NCBI GenBank assembly: GCA_041665385.1
Contig: JBAYIX010000001.1
Coordinates: 47,865 to 111,864 of the forward strand
DNA length: 64,000 bases
Direction: 5' to 3'
Source of the DNA: Minisyncoccota bacterium
GTDB taxonomy: Bacteria; Patescibacteriota; Minisyncoccia; Phycocordibacterales; PALSA-1337
This document shows, in pieces, positions 27,033 to 35,653 of this stretch. The notes under the pieces are model-generated. The model saw only the letters and a program-made list of their open reading frames with translations, was not told the DNA's origin and did not search any database. Position numbers and translations under genes: made by a program. Position 1 is the first letter of the stretch. The number at the start of each line of letters is the position of its first letter.

Positions 27033-27463
27033 TTGTGATGAATAGTATGGTCATGCTCGACTGCTTCTTTTATCTCATCTACCTCCTTTTTTATCTCGGT
27101 AACCATGGATGTTATCACTTTTATTTGTGCCTCCTCTTCCCTCACTTCTTTTTCCGTCTTGTCCGTAACCTTCTTTTCACCCTTTATACCACTGAGGAGG
27201 ATCGTATCACCGATAAAGTAAGACACGAATAGACCTGTTGCGAGCAAGATAAGCAAAACGAATACGAGACTAGTAGGTTCATAAAATATAACTCCCAACC
27301 AACCACCCTTTGCCTGCAATATGTCCGCGGTATGCCATACCCCCCTCCAAAACAGCACGATAGCTACACTACCTATCATTGTATACACAATAGGGTGACG
27401 GGAGAGATGCCCCCTCACAGTATCCTCAAATTTATCAAAAAAATTAATTATTTTATGAATCAT
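27029..27463 (-). CDS. Hypothetical membrane protein
   Basis: Two TM segments with VLFWRGVW; start moved to 27463 because the longer ORF overlaps tRNA-Pro. Confidence 0.7.
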   Translation of the reverse strand: MIHKIINFFDKFEDTVRGHLSRHPIVYTMIGSVAIVLFWRGVWHTADILQAKGGWLGVIFYEPTSLVFVLLILLATGLFVSYFIGDTILLSGIKGEKKVTDKTEKEVREEEAQIKVITSMVTEIKKEVDEIKEAVEHDHTIHHK

Positions 27464-27473
27464 TGCTTCTTTG

Positions 27474-27546
27474 TCGGAGCGCCGGGATTCGAACCCGGAG
27501 TCACCTGTACCCAAAACAGGGATGTTAGCCGTTACACCACGCTCCG
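27474..27546 (-). tRNA. tRNA-Pro(TGG)
   Basis: CGGAGCG/CGCTCCG acceptor stem; CCTGT-TTTGGGT-ACAGG; GGTTCGAATCC. Confidence 0.93.
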
Positions 27547-27563
27547 GTGTTCGTATCAGCTTA

Positions 27564-27956
27564 TCACAAGATCACGTTCTTTAGCCACCTTACTTTTGCT
27601 TTTCGACTTTGCATGTTCATATATACTGACAAGACATGTACCTGAAAGTTTGCATCAAGTCCCCTGCTACTATATCCCAGATACGTTTCTATGATCCGAC
27701 GCAGATGCTTTGTCTTCCAACTATCCACATTTTCCTCCGGTTTATGACTATCAAAAAATTGACCTGAAAGAGTATTCGTCACACTTTTGACTTCAAAAAA
27801 GTGAACTATATTGTCCTTTTCGGCTATTATGTCCAATTCTCCCCATTTCCTCTGGAAATTGCGTTCCGAAACCGTGAAACCTAGATTTTCTATATATTTA
27901 CAGGCTATATCTTCCCCGAGATTACCCTTTTGTCGATTATGTAGGTCATTATTCAT
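27564..27956 (-). CDS. YraN/UPF0102 family protein
   Basis: GNLGEDIA, ERNF...GELDIIA, FFEVKS. Confidence 0.85.
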   Translation of the reverse strand: MNNDLHNRQKGNLGEDIACKYIENLGFTVSERNFQRKWGELDIIAEKDNIVHFFEVKSVTNTLSGQFFDSHKPEENVDSWKTKHLRRIIETYLGYSSRGLDANFQVHVLSVYMNMQSRKAKVRWLKNVIL

Positions 27957-28136
27957 GGCTTTTACCTGGTAATTAGAAATGGCTTTATCTAGCCATAATA
28001 ATAAAAACTGACTCTCTATAGTACAAAATTAACGGATTAAAGCCATTTAATCTGACTTTTATAAACACTATCCACAGGGTTATCCCCAGTTATTACACTT
28101 ATCATTCCTGCTCCACCTGACATTCGCAATACAATG

Positions 28137-28207
28137 TGCGGGTATGGAGAATCGAACTCCAATCTCGTCCTTGGCAAGGACGTGTCCTACCACTAAACGA
28201 TACCCGC
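28137..28207 (-). tRNA. tRNA-Gly(GCC)
   Basis: GCGGGTA/TACCCGC acceptor stem; CGTCC-TTGCCAA-GGACG. Confidence 0.93.
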
Positions 28208-28261
28208 TTGTGAAACCCCAGTATAACTGAAAGTCTTTTTTTTATCAAAAGATTTATGTGT

Positions 28262-28443
28262 TTTCGCACCGCAGGCACAGCAATGCAGTATCGGGACATT
28301 TGCAGTCCGAGCCGGATACAATGCATCTGCATATCTCTGCGAGGCGAGGACGAAACTAGCGCAAAATCCGCAACTGGCTTTCTGTAGTTGTTGCAGATTT
28401 TGAGCGTGTCCCGATACTGCATTGCTGTGCCTGCGGTGCGAAA
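28262..28443. repeat. Long perfect inverted repeat IR3 (37-bp arms, 108-nt spacer)
   Basis: 28262-28298 is the exact reverse complement of 28407-28443. Confidence 0.96.
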
Positions 28444-28468
28444 CTAGAACAAAGTGAGAGCGTAGCAG

Positions 28469-28540
28469 TGCGCCCGGTAGGACTCGAACCTACAATAACG
28501 GTTCCGAAGACCGCTGTGATATCCATTTCACCACGGGCGC
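28469..28540 (-). tRNA. tRNA-Arg(TCG)
   Basis: GCGCCCG/CGGGCGC acceptor stem; GCGGT-CTTCGGA-ACCGT; GGTTCGAGTCC. Confidence 0.9.
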
Positions 28541-28586
28541 GTAAAGCTATACTATCATGAAATCGAATCTATGTTATTCTAGTGCA

Positions 28587-30074
28587 ATGGAAGGATCTCA
28601 CCAAACAACTATTCCCTTGCAGGTCATAAGCGCCATTGAAACCCTAGAAAAGGCAGGTTTCAAGGCATATCTCGTCGGTGGATCGGTCCGCGACTTGCTA
28701 CTTGGCAAAAAACCCAAAGACTGGGATATTACGACAAACGCAAAACCCGAACAAATTCAAGGTTTGTTTACAAAAACTGTCTATGAAAACGTTTACGGCA
28801 CAGTAGCTGTCATAGACGAAACTACAGAAGATATTTCACTAAAAAGTATTGAGATTACCCCATTTCGATTGGAATCCGACTATAGCGATAGACGTCATCC
28901 TGACCAAGTAAAGTTTAGTGATAAGATCGAAGATGATCTAAAAAGACGAGACTTCACAATAAATGCGATTGCGGTGTCCTTATCCAATGGCGCTATAAAG
29001 GACATAATTGACCTTTACAGTGGTTTCCAAGACATAAAAGACAAAACTATCAGAACAGTAGGAGATGCCGCATCTAGGTTCAACGAGGACGCCCTACGCA
29101 TGATGCGTGCTATACGACTGGCTGTAGAATTGGGTTTCACCATAGATAAGAACACTCTAGACGGCATAAAAATGAACAGTAATCTCTTGAAGGAAGTATC
29201 TATAGAACGTATTCGTGATGAGTTTACAAAGATAATCCTATCCGAACAGCCAAAAAGCGGTATTGAGCTGATGCAAAGCGCTGGTTTGTTGTTTCACGTG
29301 ACACCTGAGCTCGAAAAAGCCATAGGAGTAGGCCAAAACCAAGCCCATGCCTACGATGTTTGGGAACATCTACTACGTAGTCTGCAATGTGCGGCAGATA
29401 AAGACTGGAGCTTGGAAATACGTTTGGCTGCCCTTTTTCACGATATTTCAAAGCCAAAGACCAAAGGTCTTTCACGTGAAACAGGTATCATCACCTTTTA
29501 TGGCCATGAAATGGCTGGTTCACGTGAAACACGTAAAATATTAGAAAGAATGCGCTTTTCACGTGAAATCATCGAAATAGTCGTAAAACTGGTTAGATGG
29601 CACATGTTTTTCTCAGATACCGAGGTTGTTACCCTCTCTGCTGTTCGCCGTATGATCGCAAACGTCGGCAAAGACCTAATATGGGATCTAATGGACTTGC
29701 GGGTCTGTGATAGAGTCGGTACTGGTCGCCCAAAGGAAAATCCATACAGACTCCGTAAGTACAAGGCTATGGTGGAAGAAGCACTCAAGGACCCAGTATC
29801 CGTCAGTATGTTGAAAATCGATGGTAATAGAATAATGGAAATTTGCAATATTAAACCTGGACCCAAAATTGGATTTATTCTACATGCACTATTCAATGAA
29901 GTGCTCGATGATCCAAAACTAAACACGGCAGAACAACTGGAAAAACGAGCAGAAGAATTGATAGTAATTGACGATAATACGTTGAGAACTATGGGTGAAT
30001 CTGGAAAAGATCGCAAAGAGGAGGAGGAAGAAAAGAGCGTAAAGGAAATAAGGGACAAGTACCATGTCCAATAA
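28587..30074 (+). CDS. cca: CCA tRNA nucleotidyltransferase with HD domain
   Basis: YLVGGSVRD, DWDITT, DLKRRDFTINA, EDALRMMRA, LFHDISKP. Specificity (CCA vs CC/A/poly(A)) not resolved. Confidence 0.88.
   Translation: MEGSHQTTIPLQVISAIETLEKAGFKAYLVGGSVRDLLLGKKPKDWDITTNAKPEQIQGLFTKTVYENVYGTVAVIDETTEDISLKSIEITPFRLESDYSDRRHPDQVKFSDKIEDDLKRRDFTINAIAVSLSNGAIKDIIDLYSGFQDIKDKTIRTVGDAASRFNEDALRMMRAIRLAVELGFTIDKNTLDGIKMNSNLLKEVSIERIRDEFTKIILSEQPKSGIELMQSAGLLFHVTPELEKAIGVGQNQAHAYDVWEHLLRSLQCAADKDWSLEIRLAALFHDISKPKTKGLSRETGIITFYGHEMAGSRETRKILERMRFSREIIEIVVKLVRWHMFFSDTEVVTLSAVRRMIANVGKDLIWDLMDLRVCDRVGTGRPKENPYRLRKYKAMVEEALKDPVSVSMLKIDGNRIMEICNIKPGPKIGFILHALFNEVLDDPKLNTAEQLEKRAEELIVIDDNTLRTMGESGKDRKEEEEEKSVKEIRDKYHVQ
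29290..29570. promoter_or_regulatory. Cluster of four parS-like palindromes inside cca
   Basis: Matches to TGTTTCACGTGAAACA: 29290 (14/16), 29468 (15/16), 29516 (15/16), 29555 (12/16). Confidence 0.75.
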
Positions 30075-30129
30075 AGGACAGAGTTATCCACAGTCTGTCC
30101 TTTACACTATTTATTAAAGGACATACAAT

Positions 30130-30570
30130 ACTCTCAGATCCGTTCGTTGTCCGAGGTCTGTCATGCTCATCATAGTACGTAAACAAAATATATTTATGTG
30201 TTTTGGTGAGCATGACACAAACGAGCAAAGCTCTTTCAAAAGTTAGGGTAGGTAACTCCTTTTCATGAAGTCTGATGTGTTTGTCAGTGTTAGTTTCGCA
30301 ACCTTCTGTTGCTAGGCCACATCATAGTGTATTCTGTCACAAAATATACACAGTCTCCGAGCAGGAGAACTAATAGGAAGTGAAACAGAAAAAGCACACT
30401 ATATGCCTCAGGAACGGACCGGATAGCGATAGTGGACGTGATGGCCTTTGGCCATTCCATGTCACGGACCTGTGGGTCCTCCTTGTTCTTTAGTGCTTTT
30501 AAGTCAGACTTCAAAAGCCGCGTGAGCGCAGTCCGATCTCTAGGAAACGCATTACGCGGTTTTTTATTGG
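30130..30570 (+). ncRNA. Candidate structured non-coding RNA, class unknown
   Basis: No credible ORF; many nested stems with G-U pairs favouring the + strand; ends in a stem plus T tract. Confidence 0.4.
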
Positions 30571-30618
30571 CCGTATTCTGTGTTTTTTGTATTAATACAT
30601 TCAAACAGAGCCATAAAA

Positions 30619-31407
30619 CTATCTAATAACAAGTTCGAGTGGACAATGGTCAGATCCGAGAACATGGTCTAATATTCTTATCTTTTCAACCTTTTCCATC
30701 AGTCCAGGAGTTACAAAAAAGTAGTCTATCCTCCAACCAACATTACGCTCTCTAGCAAACGTCTTCATATCCCAATATGTGTATTTACCGACAAGAGTGG
30801 GGTAGAGAGATCTGAATACATCCACATAACCATTTTTCACAACCTTATCGAGCCATGCTCGCTCTACTGGCAGGAAACCAGTATTGCCAGCATTTTCTTT
30901 TGGACGAGCCAAGTCTATTTCATTGTGAGCGGTATTGATATCCCCAGTAAAGATCACCTCATAACCCTTTTTTTGCAGAGAATTTACGTACTTTAAAAAT
31001 TCATCGTAGTATTCGAGCTTAAATTTCAATCGGACAGGTCCACCGCCGCCATTGGGAAAATAAATGTTCAATACAGCTAGTTTTGATATGTCCTTTATCA
31101 AACCATCATAAAATAGGCCTATAAACCTACCTTCCTGATCATATTGTTCTTTACCGAGTCCATATTCGACTTTTGATGGTTTAACCTTGGTAAAAGCCGC
31201 CACTCCGCTATAGCCATTACGTCCTTTGGAATGGTCAAAGTACGAAAAATACCCAGGAGGATTGTGGACACCTTCTTCTAGTTGTTCTGCCCGGGCCTTT
31301 GTTTCTTGAACAAAATAAATATCTGGAGATTCATTCAAAAACCAGTCAAAACCGCCTTTTTTCACGTTTGCACGAATTCCATTTACATTCCAAGAGATTA
31401 TTCTCAT
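30619..31407 (-). CDS. xth: Exodeoxyribonuclease III / AP endonuclease
   Basis: SWNVNGIRA, QETK, GYSGV, GDINTAH, GWRIDY, SDHCP. Confidence 0.95.
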   Translation of the reverse strand: MRIISWNVNGIRANVKKGGFDWFLNESPDIYFVQETKARAEQLEEGVHNPPGYFSYFDHSKGRNGYSGVAAFTKVKPSKVEYGLGKEQYDQEGRFIGLFYDGLIKDISKLAVLNIYFPNGGGGPVRLKFKLEYYDEFLKYVNSLQKKGYEVIFTGDINTAHNEIDLARPKENAGNTGFLPVERAWLDKVVKNGYVDVFRSLYPTLVGKYTYWDMKTFARERNVGWRIDYFFVTPGLMEKVEKIRILDHVLGSDHCPLELVIR

Positions 31408-31421
31408 CTCTTCATCATACT

Positions 31422-32351
31422 TTATCTACGTTTATTGTGAAACTGACTATGCACACGCTTTAGTTCTTTGTCTGTAATATGCGTATACATTTGAGTTGTG
31501 CTTATATTCGCATGACCCAAAAGCATCTGGACAGAGCGCAAATCTGCTCCATTCATGAGGAGATCTGTGGCAAAACAGTGACGTATGACGTGAGGAGTAA
31601 CTTTTTTTGATATGCCTGCCCTGACTGCATATTGTTTCACGATACGCTCTATAGAACGCCTATCTAGAGCCAGATCACCACCTCGGGACTTTTCTTTGCC
31701 AAAACGAACAAACAGAGCATCATCTACATCAGTTCTTTTGTTTATATACTTTTTCAAAGCACTCTTTGCCTCCAAAGAAAGGAAGACAACACGTATTTTC
31801 TCACCTTTTCCTCGGATAGAAAACTCATCCGCATCCAGATCCAGGTCTCGAGACAGGGAACAGAGCTCAGAAACGCGCAAACCTGTAGAAAAGAGTAGTT
31901 CTAGAATAGCTTTGTCACGCAGAGACTTGATTTCTTCGCCTTTCGGAGCATCGAGGAGCCGCGTGAGTTCTTCTTTGGTAATGAGATCCATATGCCTTTC
32001 TCCTACCTTGGCGAGTTCGATGTGTTCTGCCGAAAGTGTATTTATATTGCGCTTTGCTAGATATTTCAAGAAAGCACGCAGTGAAATGAGATAATAATTC
32101 TGTGTTTTCTTCTTTAGTGTTCTTATATCGCTCGATCTACCTATTTCTTGGCGCACCGGCTGACGATTGAGCCACAAACGATATGCTCTCATTTTCTCGG
32201 GAGTGATAGAAGCGGGATTATTACTCTTCAAAAAAGCCAAAAACTTACTAATATGATGATCATAATTTTCCAAAGTTTTCATGGAACGACCTTTTTCTAT
32301 CTCGATGTACTCCAAAAATTCTTGTTTCAGATCCCTGAGATTATGCGACAT
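31422..32351 (-). CDS. XerC/D-like tyrosine recombinase
   Basis: TGLRVSEL, GKGEKIR, TPHVIRH, LLGHA, TTQMYT catalytic set. Confidence 0.92.
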   Translation of the reverse strand: MSHNLRDLKQEFLEYIEIEKGRSMKTLENYDHHISKFLAFLKSNNPASITPEKMRAYRLWLNRQPVRQEIGRSSDIRTLKKKTQNYYLISLRAFLKYLAKRNINTLSAEHIELAKVGERHMDLITKEELTRLLDAPKGEEIKSLRDKAILELLFSTGLRVSELCSLSRDLDLDADEFSIRGKGEKIRVVFLSLEAKSALKKYINKRTDVDDALFVRFGKEKSRGGDLALDRRSIERIVKQYAVRAGISKKVTPHVIRHCFATDLLMNGADLRSVQMLLGHANISTTQMYTHITDKELKRVHSQFHNKRR

Positions 32352-32425
32352 ACATATATTGTACGATGTTAACATCTATTTCGGTATCTTGCTCATTTTA
32401 GGCATTCATGCTACTATTTCACATC

Positions 32426-32692
32426 ATGTTATCACCACGCCAAAAGACAAAGATTATCAAGGGTACCGGCATACACGACAAGGACACCGGCTCTGCCGAA
32501 GTTCAGGTCGCCCTGCTCTCGAAAAGGATAGAGGAATTGACCTCTCATTTGAAGAAACACAAGAAAGATAACCACTCCAGAAGGGGACTTTTGGGCATGG
32601 TGGCAGATCGACAAACACATTTGAATTATCTCAAGAAGAACTATCCTCGCAGATATTCGTCTATCATAAAGAAACTAGAACTCAAGAAGTAA
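32426..32692 (+). CDS. rpsO: 30S ribosomal protein S15
   Basis: [27 protein letters not shown]; start moved to 32426. Confidence 0.96.
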   Translation: MLSPRQKTKIIKGTGIHDKDTGSAEVQVALLSKRIEELTSHLKKHKKDNHSRRGLLGMVADRQTHLNYLKKNYPRRYSSIIKKLELKK

Positions 32693-32749
32693 CTTTTTTC
32701 TCATTTCGGTTCGTACCTTAAAAATTAATATTTTTCATACACAAGTAAC

Positions 32750-33265
32750 ATGTCAGTAATAAAACACAAAGAACAGCGCGTCGGCATTTTCATCGATGCA
32801 CAAAACCTGTATCACAGCGGAAAAAACTTATACCACTCCAAGGTAAACTTCGGAAAAATCGTAGAGGACGCTCTAGACAACAGGAAACTCGTACGAGCAG
32901 TAGCATACGTCATCGCAACAGAAGGAGGTGAGGAAAACGCCTTTTTCGACGCCCTGACCAAAGTCGGCATAGAAACAAAGATAAAAGACCTCCAAGTCTT
33001 CGGCTCCGGAGCCAAAAAAGCAGACTGGGATGTCGGCATGGCGATAGATGCTGTGAAAGTAGCACCCAAGCTCGATGCGGTCGTTCTCGTCACCGGTGAC
33101 GGAGACTTTGTACCACTCGTAGAATACCTCCAGATGAACCAAGGCTGTCAGGTAGAAGTCGTCTCTTTCGGCAAATCCACATCAGCAAAGCTGATCGAAG
33201 CCGCAGACCATTTTACCGATCTAGACATAGCACCCAACAAGTATCTTCTCCGCGGAAGGAAATAA
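32750..33265 (+). CDS. NYN domain (LabA/DUF88) protein
   Basis: IFIDAQNLY, KADWDVGMAID, LVTGDGDFVP, LIEAADHF. Confidence 0.88.
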   Translation: MSVIKHKEQRVGIFIDAQNLYHSGKNLYHSKVNFGKIVEDALDNRKLVRAVAYVIATEGGEENAFFDALTKVGIETKIKDLQVFGSGAKKADWDVGMAIDAVKVAPKLDAVVLVTGDGDFVPLVEYLQMNQGCQVEVVSFGKSTSAKLIEAADHFTDLDIAPNKYLLRGRK

Positions 33266-33441
33266 ATAGCTCGTAAGTATAACCAAAAATAGTTGCGCAC
33301 ATATGCAAAAGTTGTTACATTGCATGTGATTGTGTGGCACATTACAAACACATCGCCATCAGATAGGCAGGTTTGAAACATTGCTTTCAAGTCTGAAATC
33401 TGACGGCGAACTAACAAATAGGAAAACATCCTATAAATTTT

Positions 33442-35595
33442 ATGACAAAAAAAGAATATTCGATGCAGGTGAGCGGCAAGATTCTAACAGCCGAATTCAC
33501 TGATCTTGCAGACCAAGCAAACGGTTCTGTGCTTTTGCGTTATGGCAATACCGTAGTTTTGGCAACCGCCGTGATGGGAGAAAAAAAAGAAGGGGATTTT
33601 TTCCCTTTGACCGTAGACTATGAAGAACGCTTCTACGCTACCGGCAGGATCTTGGGATCACGTTTCGTCCGCAGAGAAGGACGACCCTCCACCGAAGCCA
33701 TACTTTCCGGAAGAGTAGTCGACCGCACCATACGCCCACTTTTCAATCAGAAAATACGAAATGAAGTCCAAGTAGTAATCACAACAATAGCCATAGGTGA
33801 CGAAGATCCAGACGTAATTTCTGTAGTAGGTGCATCGCTCGCTCTCGGTACCTCCAACATACCGTGGAATGGACCAGTTTCTGCTGTGAGATTGATCAAA
33901 AAGGATGCATGGATCATAAACCCAGATTTCAAGGAGCGCGAGGACGAAGTTTCTACACTGGAAATGATAGCATGCGGCAAGGACAGTATGATAAACATGA
34001 TAGAAGTCGGTTCCAAAGAAGTTGGGGAAAGTACGATAGATGAGGCTTTGACAAAAGCTTCAGAAGAAATAGAAAAGATCCAAAAATGGCAGACGACCAT
34101 AATAAAAGAAATTGGCAAAGCAAAAACAAAAGTTGAAATAGCAGAACCTACGCCAGGCACAAAGGAGCTTTTTGCGGCGGAGATATCGCCCAAACTAAAG
34201 TCCCACGTTTTTTCCAATAAACCAGGCAAAGAACATATATCAGAAATAAATAAAGTATGGACAGACAAATTCAAAGAAAAGATACCCGAAGGCGACCAAG
34301 CGATGGCCCAGGAAGTATTCGAAGAAGCTGTGAATGACCTGCTCCATAACGAAGCCATAGACAATGAAAAACGTGCCGACGGCCGCAGCATGGACGAAGT
34401 TCGTCCGCTTTTCGTAAAAGCCGGCGGGATGTCGCCTGTACTTCATGGATCGGGAATATTTTATCGCGGGGGCACACATATCCTGTCAGCTTTGACATTG
34501 GGTTCACCTGGAGATGCCCTCGTCATAGAAGGCCTGACGATGGAAGAAAACAAGAGATTCATGCATCACTACAATTTTCCGCCATTTTCTACAGGCGAGA
34601 CAGGCAGAATGGGCGGTACAAACAGGAGAATGATAGGACATGGTGCTTTGGCAGAAAAGGCTCTCTTGCCAGTCATCCCTGCAAAAGATAAATTCCCATA
34701 CACGATCCGACTGGTTTCCGAAGCTCTTGCCTCCAATGGCTCCACATCTATGGGGTCAGTATGTGGCTCCACACTGGCACTGATGGACGGGGGAGTGCCT
34801 ATAAAAGCTCCTGTCGCAGGTATTGCATCTGGTTTAATGATGAGAAAAGGTGGAACTGGTAAATACCAATATAAGGTGCTGACAGATATACAGGGACCGG
34901 AAGATCACCATGGCGATATGGATTTCAAGGTAGCAGGAACCAGAGAGGGGATAACTGCCGTGCAAATGGACGTGAAAGTCGGCGGCATACCTCTAGATAT
35001 ACTCACCATAGCCCTAGAAAAGGCAAAGAAGGCGCGTTTCCAAATATTGGATCTAATAGAAAAGGAAATACCTGCACCGAGAAAAACAATTTCCCCCAAT
35101 GCGCCAGAAATAATAACTATGACAATAAAACCAGACCAAATAGGTCTAGTCATAGGCACGGGTGGCAAGACGATAAATGAAATCCGAGATAATACAGGCG
35201 TGGAAGATATAAGCATCGAAGACGATGGCTCGATCTTCATAACTGGCAAGGGTGGTACGGCGGAAAAAGCCCGAGAAATAATACACGGAATGACCAGAGA
35301 ATATATGCCAGGGGAAAAGTTCGATGGAGAAGTGACTCGTCTCATGGAATTTGGCGCTTTTGTAAAGATAGGACCGAACGCCGAAGGATTGGTACACGTC
35401 TCAGAATTTGCACCTTTCCGTGTCGAAAGGGTCGAAACGTATGTAAAAGAGGGCATGAAAGTGCCAGTTTCCGTAAAGGAAGTGGATGAAAAGGGCAGAC
35501 TGAACCTGTCCATCAAAGCTGCAAACGCTGAGTTTTTCACAAAAAAAGAAGAAAATCCAAAGCCGCCTCGACAGGAGTTCAAAAAAAGATTTTAA
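33442..35595 (+). CDS. pnp: Polyribonucleotide nucleotidyltransferase
   Basis: FFPLTVDYEE, DRTIRPLF, HYNFPPFS, SNGSTSMGS, GDMDFKVAG; KH and S1 domains. Confidence 0.97.
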   Translation: MTKKEYSMQVSGKILTAEFTDLADQANGSVLLRYGNTVVLATAVMGEKKEGDFFPLTVDYEERFYATGRILGSRFVRREGRPSTEAILSGRVVDRTIRPLFNQKIRNEVQVVITTIAIGDEDPDVISVVGASLALGTSNIPWNGPVSAVRLIKKDAWIINPDFKEREDEVSTLEMIACGKDSMINMIEVGSKEVGESTIDEALTKASEEIEKIQKWQTTIIKEIGKAKTKVEIAEPTPGTKELFAAEISPKLKSHVFSNKPGKEHISEINKVWTDKFKEKIPEGDQAMAQEVFEEAVNDLLHNEAIDNEKRADGRSMDEVRPLFVKAGGMSPVLHGSGIFYRGGTHILSALTLGSPGDALVIEGLTMEENKRFMHHYNFPPFSTGETGRMGGTNRRMIGHGALAEKALLPVIPAKDKFPYTIRLVSEALASNGSTSMGSVCGSTLALMDGGVPIKAPVAGIASGLMMRKGGTGKYQYKVLTDIQGPEDHHGDMDFKVAGTREGITAVQMDVKVGGIPLDILTIALEKAKKARFQILDLIEKEIPAPRKTISPNAPEIITMTIKPDQIGLVIGTGGKTINEIRDNTGVEDISIEDDGSIFITGKGGTAEKAREIIHGMTREYMPGEKFDGEVTRLMEFGAFVKIGPNAEGLVHVSEFAPFRVERVETYVKEGMKVPVSVKEVDEKGRLNLSIKAANAEFFTKKEENPKPPRQEFKKRF

Positions 35596-35653
35596 AACCA
35601 CAAGACCATACTTGTAAGCAAAAAAATTAATTTTTAGTTATAATGAAGGAGTA

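Noticed and set aside
30290-30626. ORFs 30290-30604 (-) and 30432-30626 (+) as genes
   Set aside because: No motifs, atypical composition and mutual overlap; RNA-like structure explains the region better.
31422-32351. Tyrosine recombinase as a prophage or integron integrase
   Set aside because: It is flanked by housekeeping genes (xth, rpsO) with no att sites, cassettes or phage genes; best read as the chromosomal Xer.
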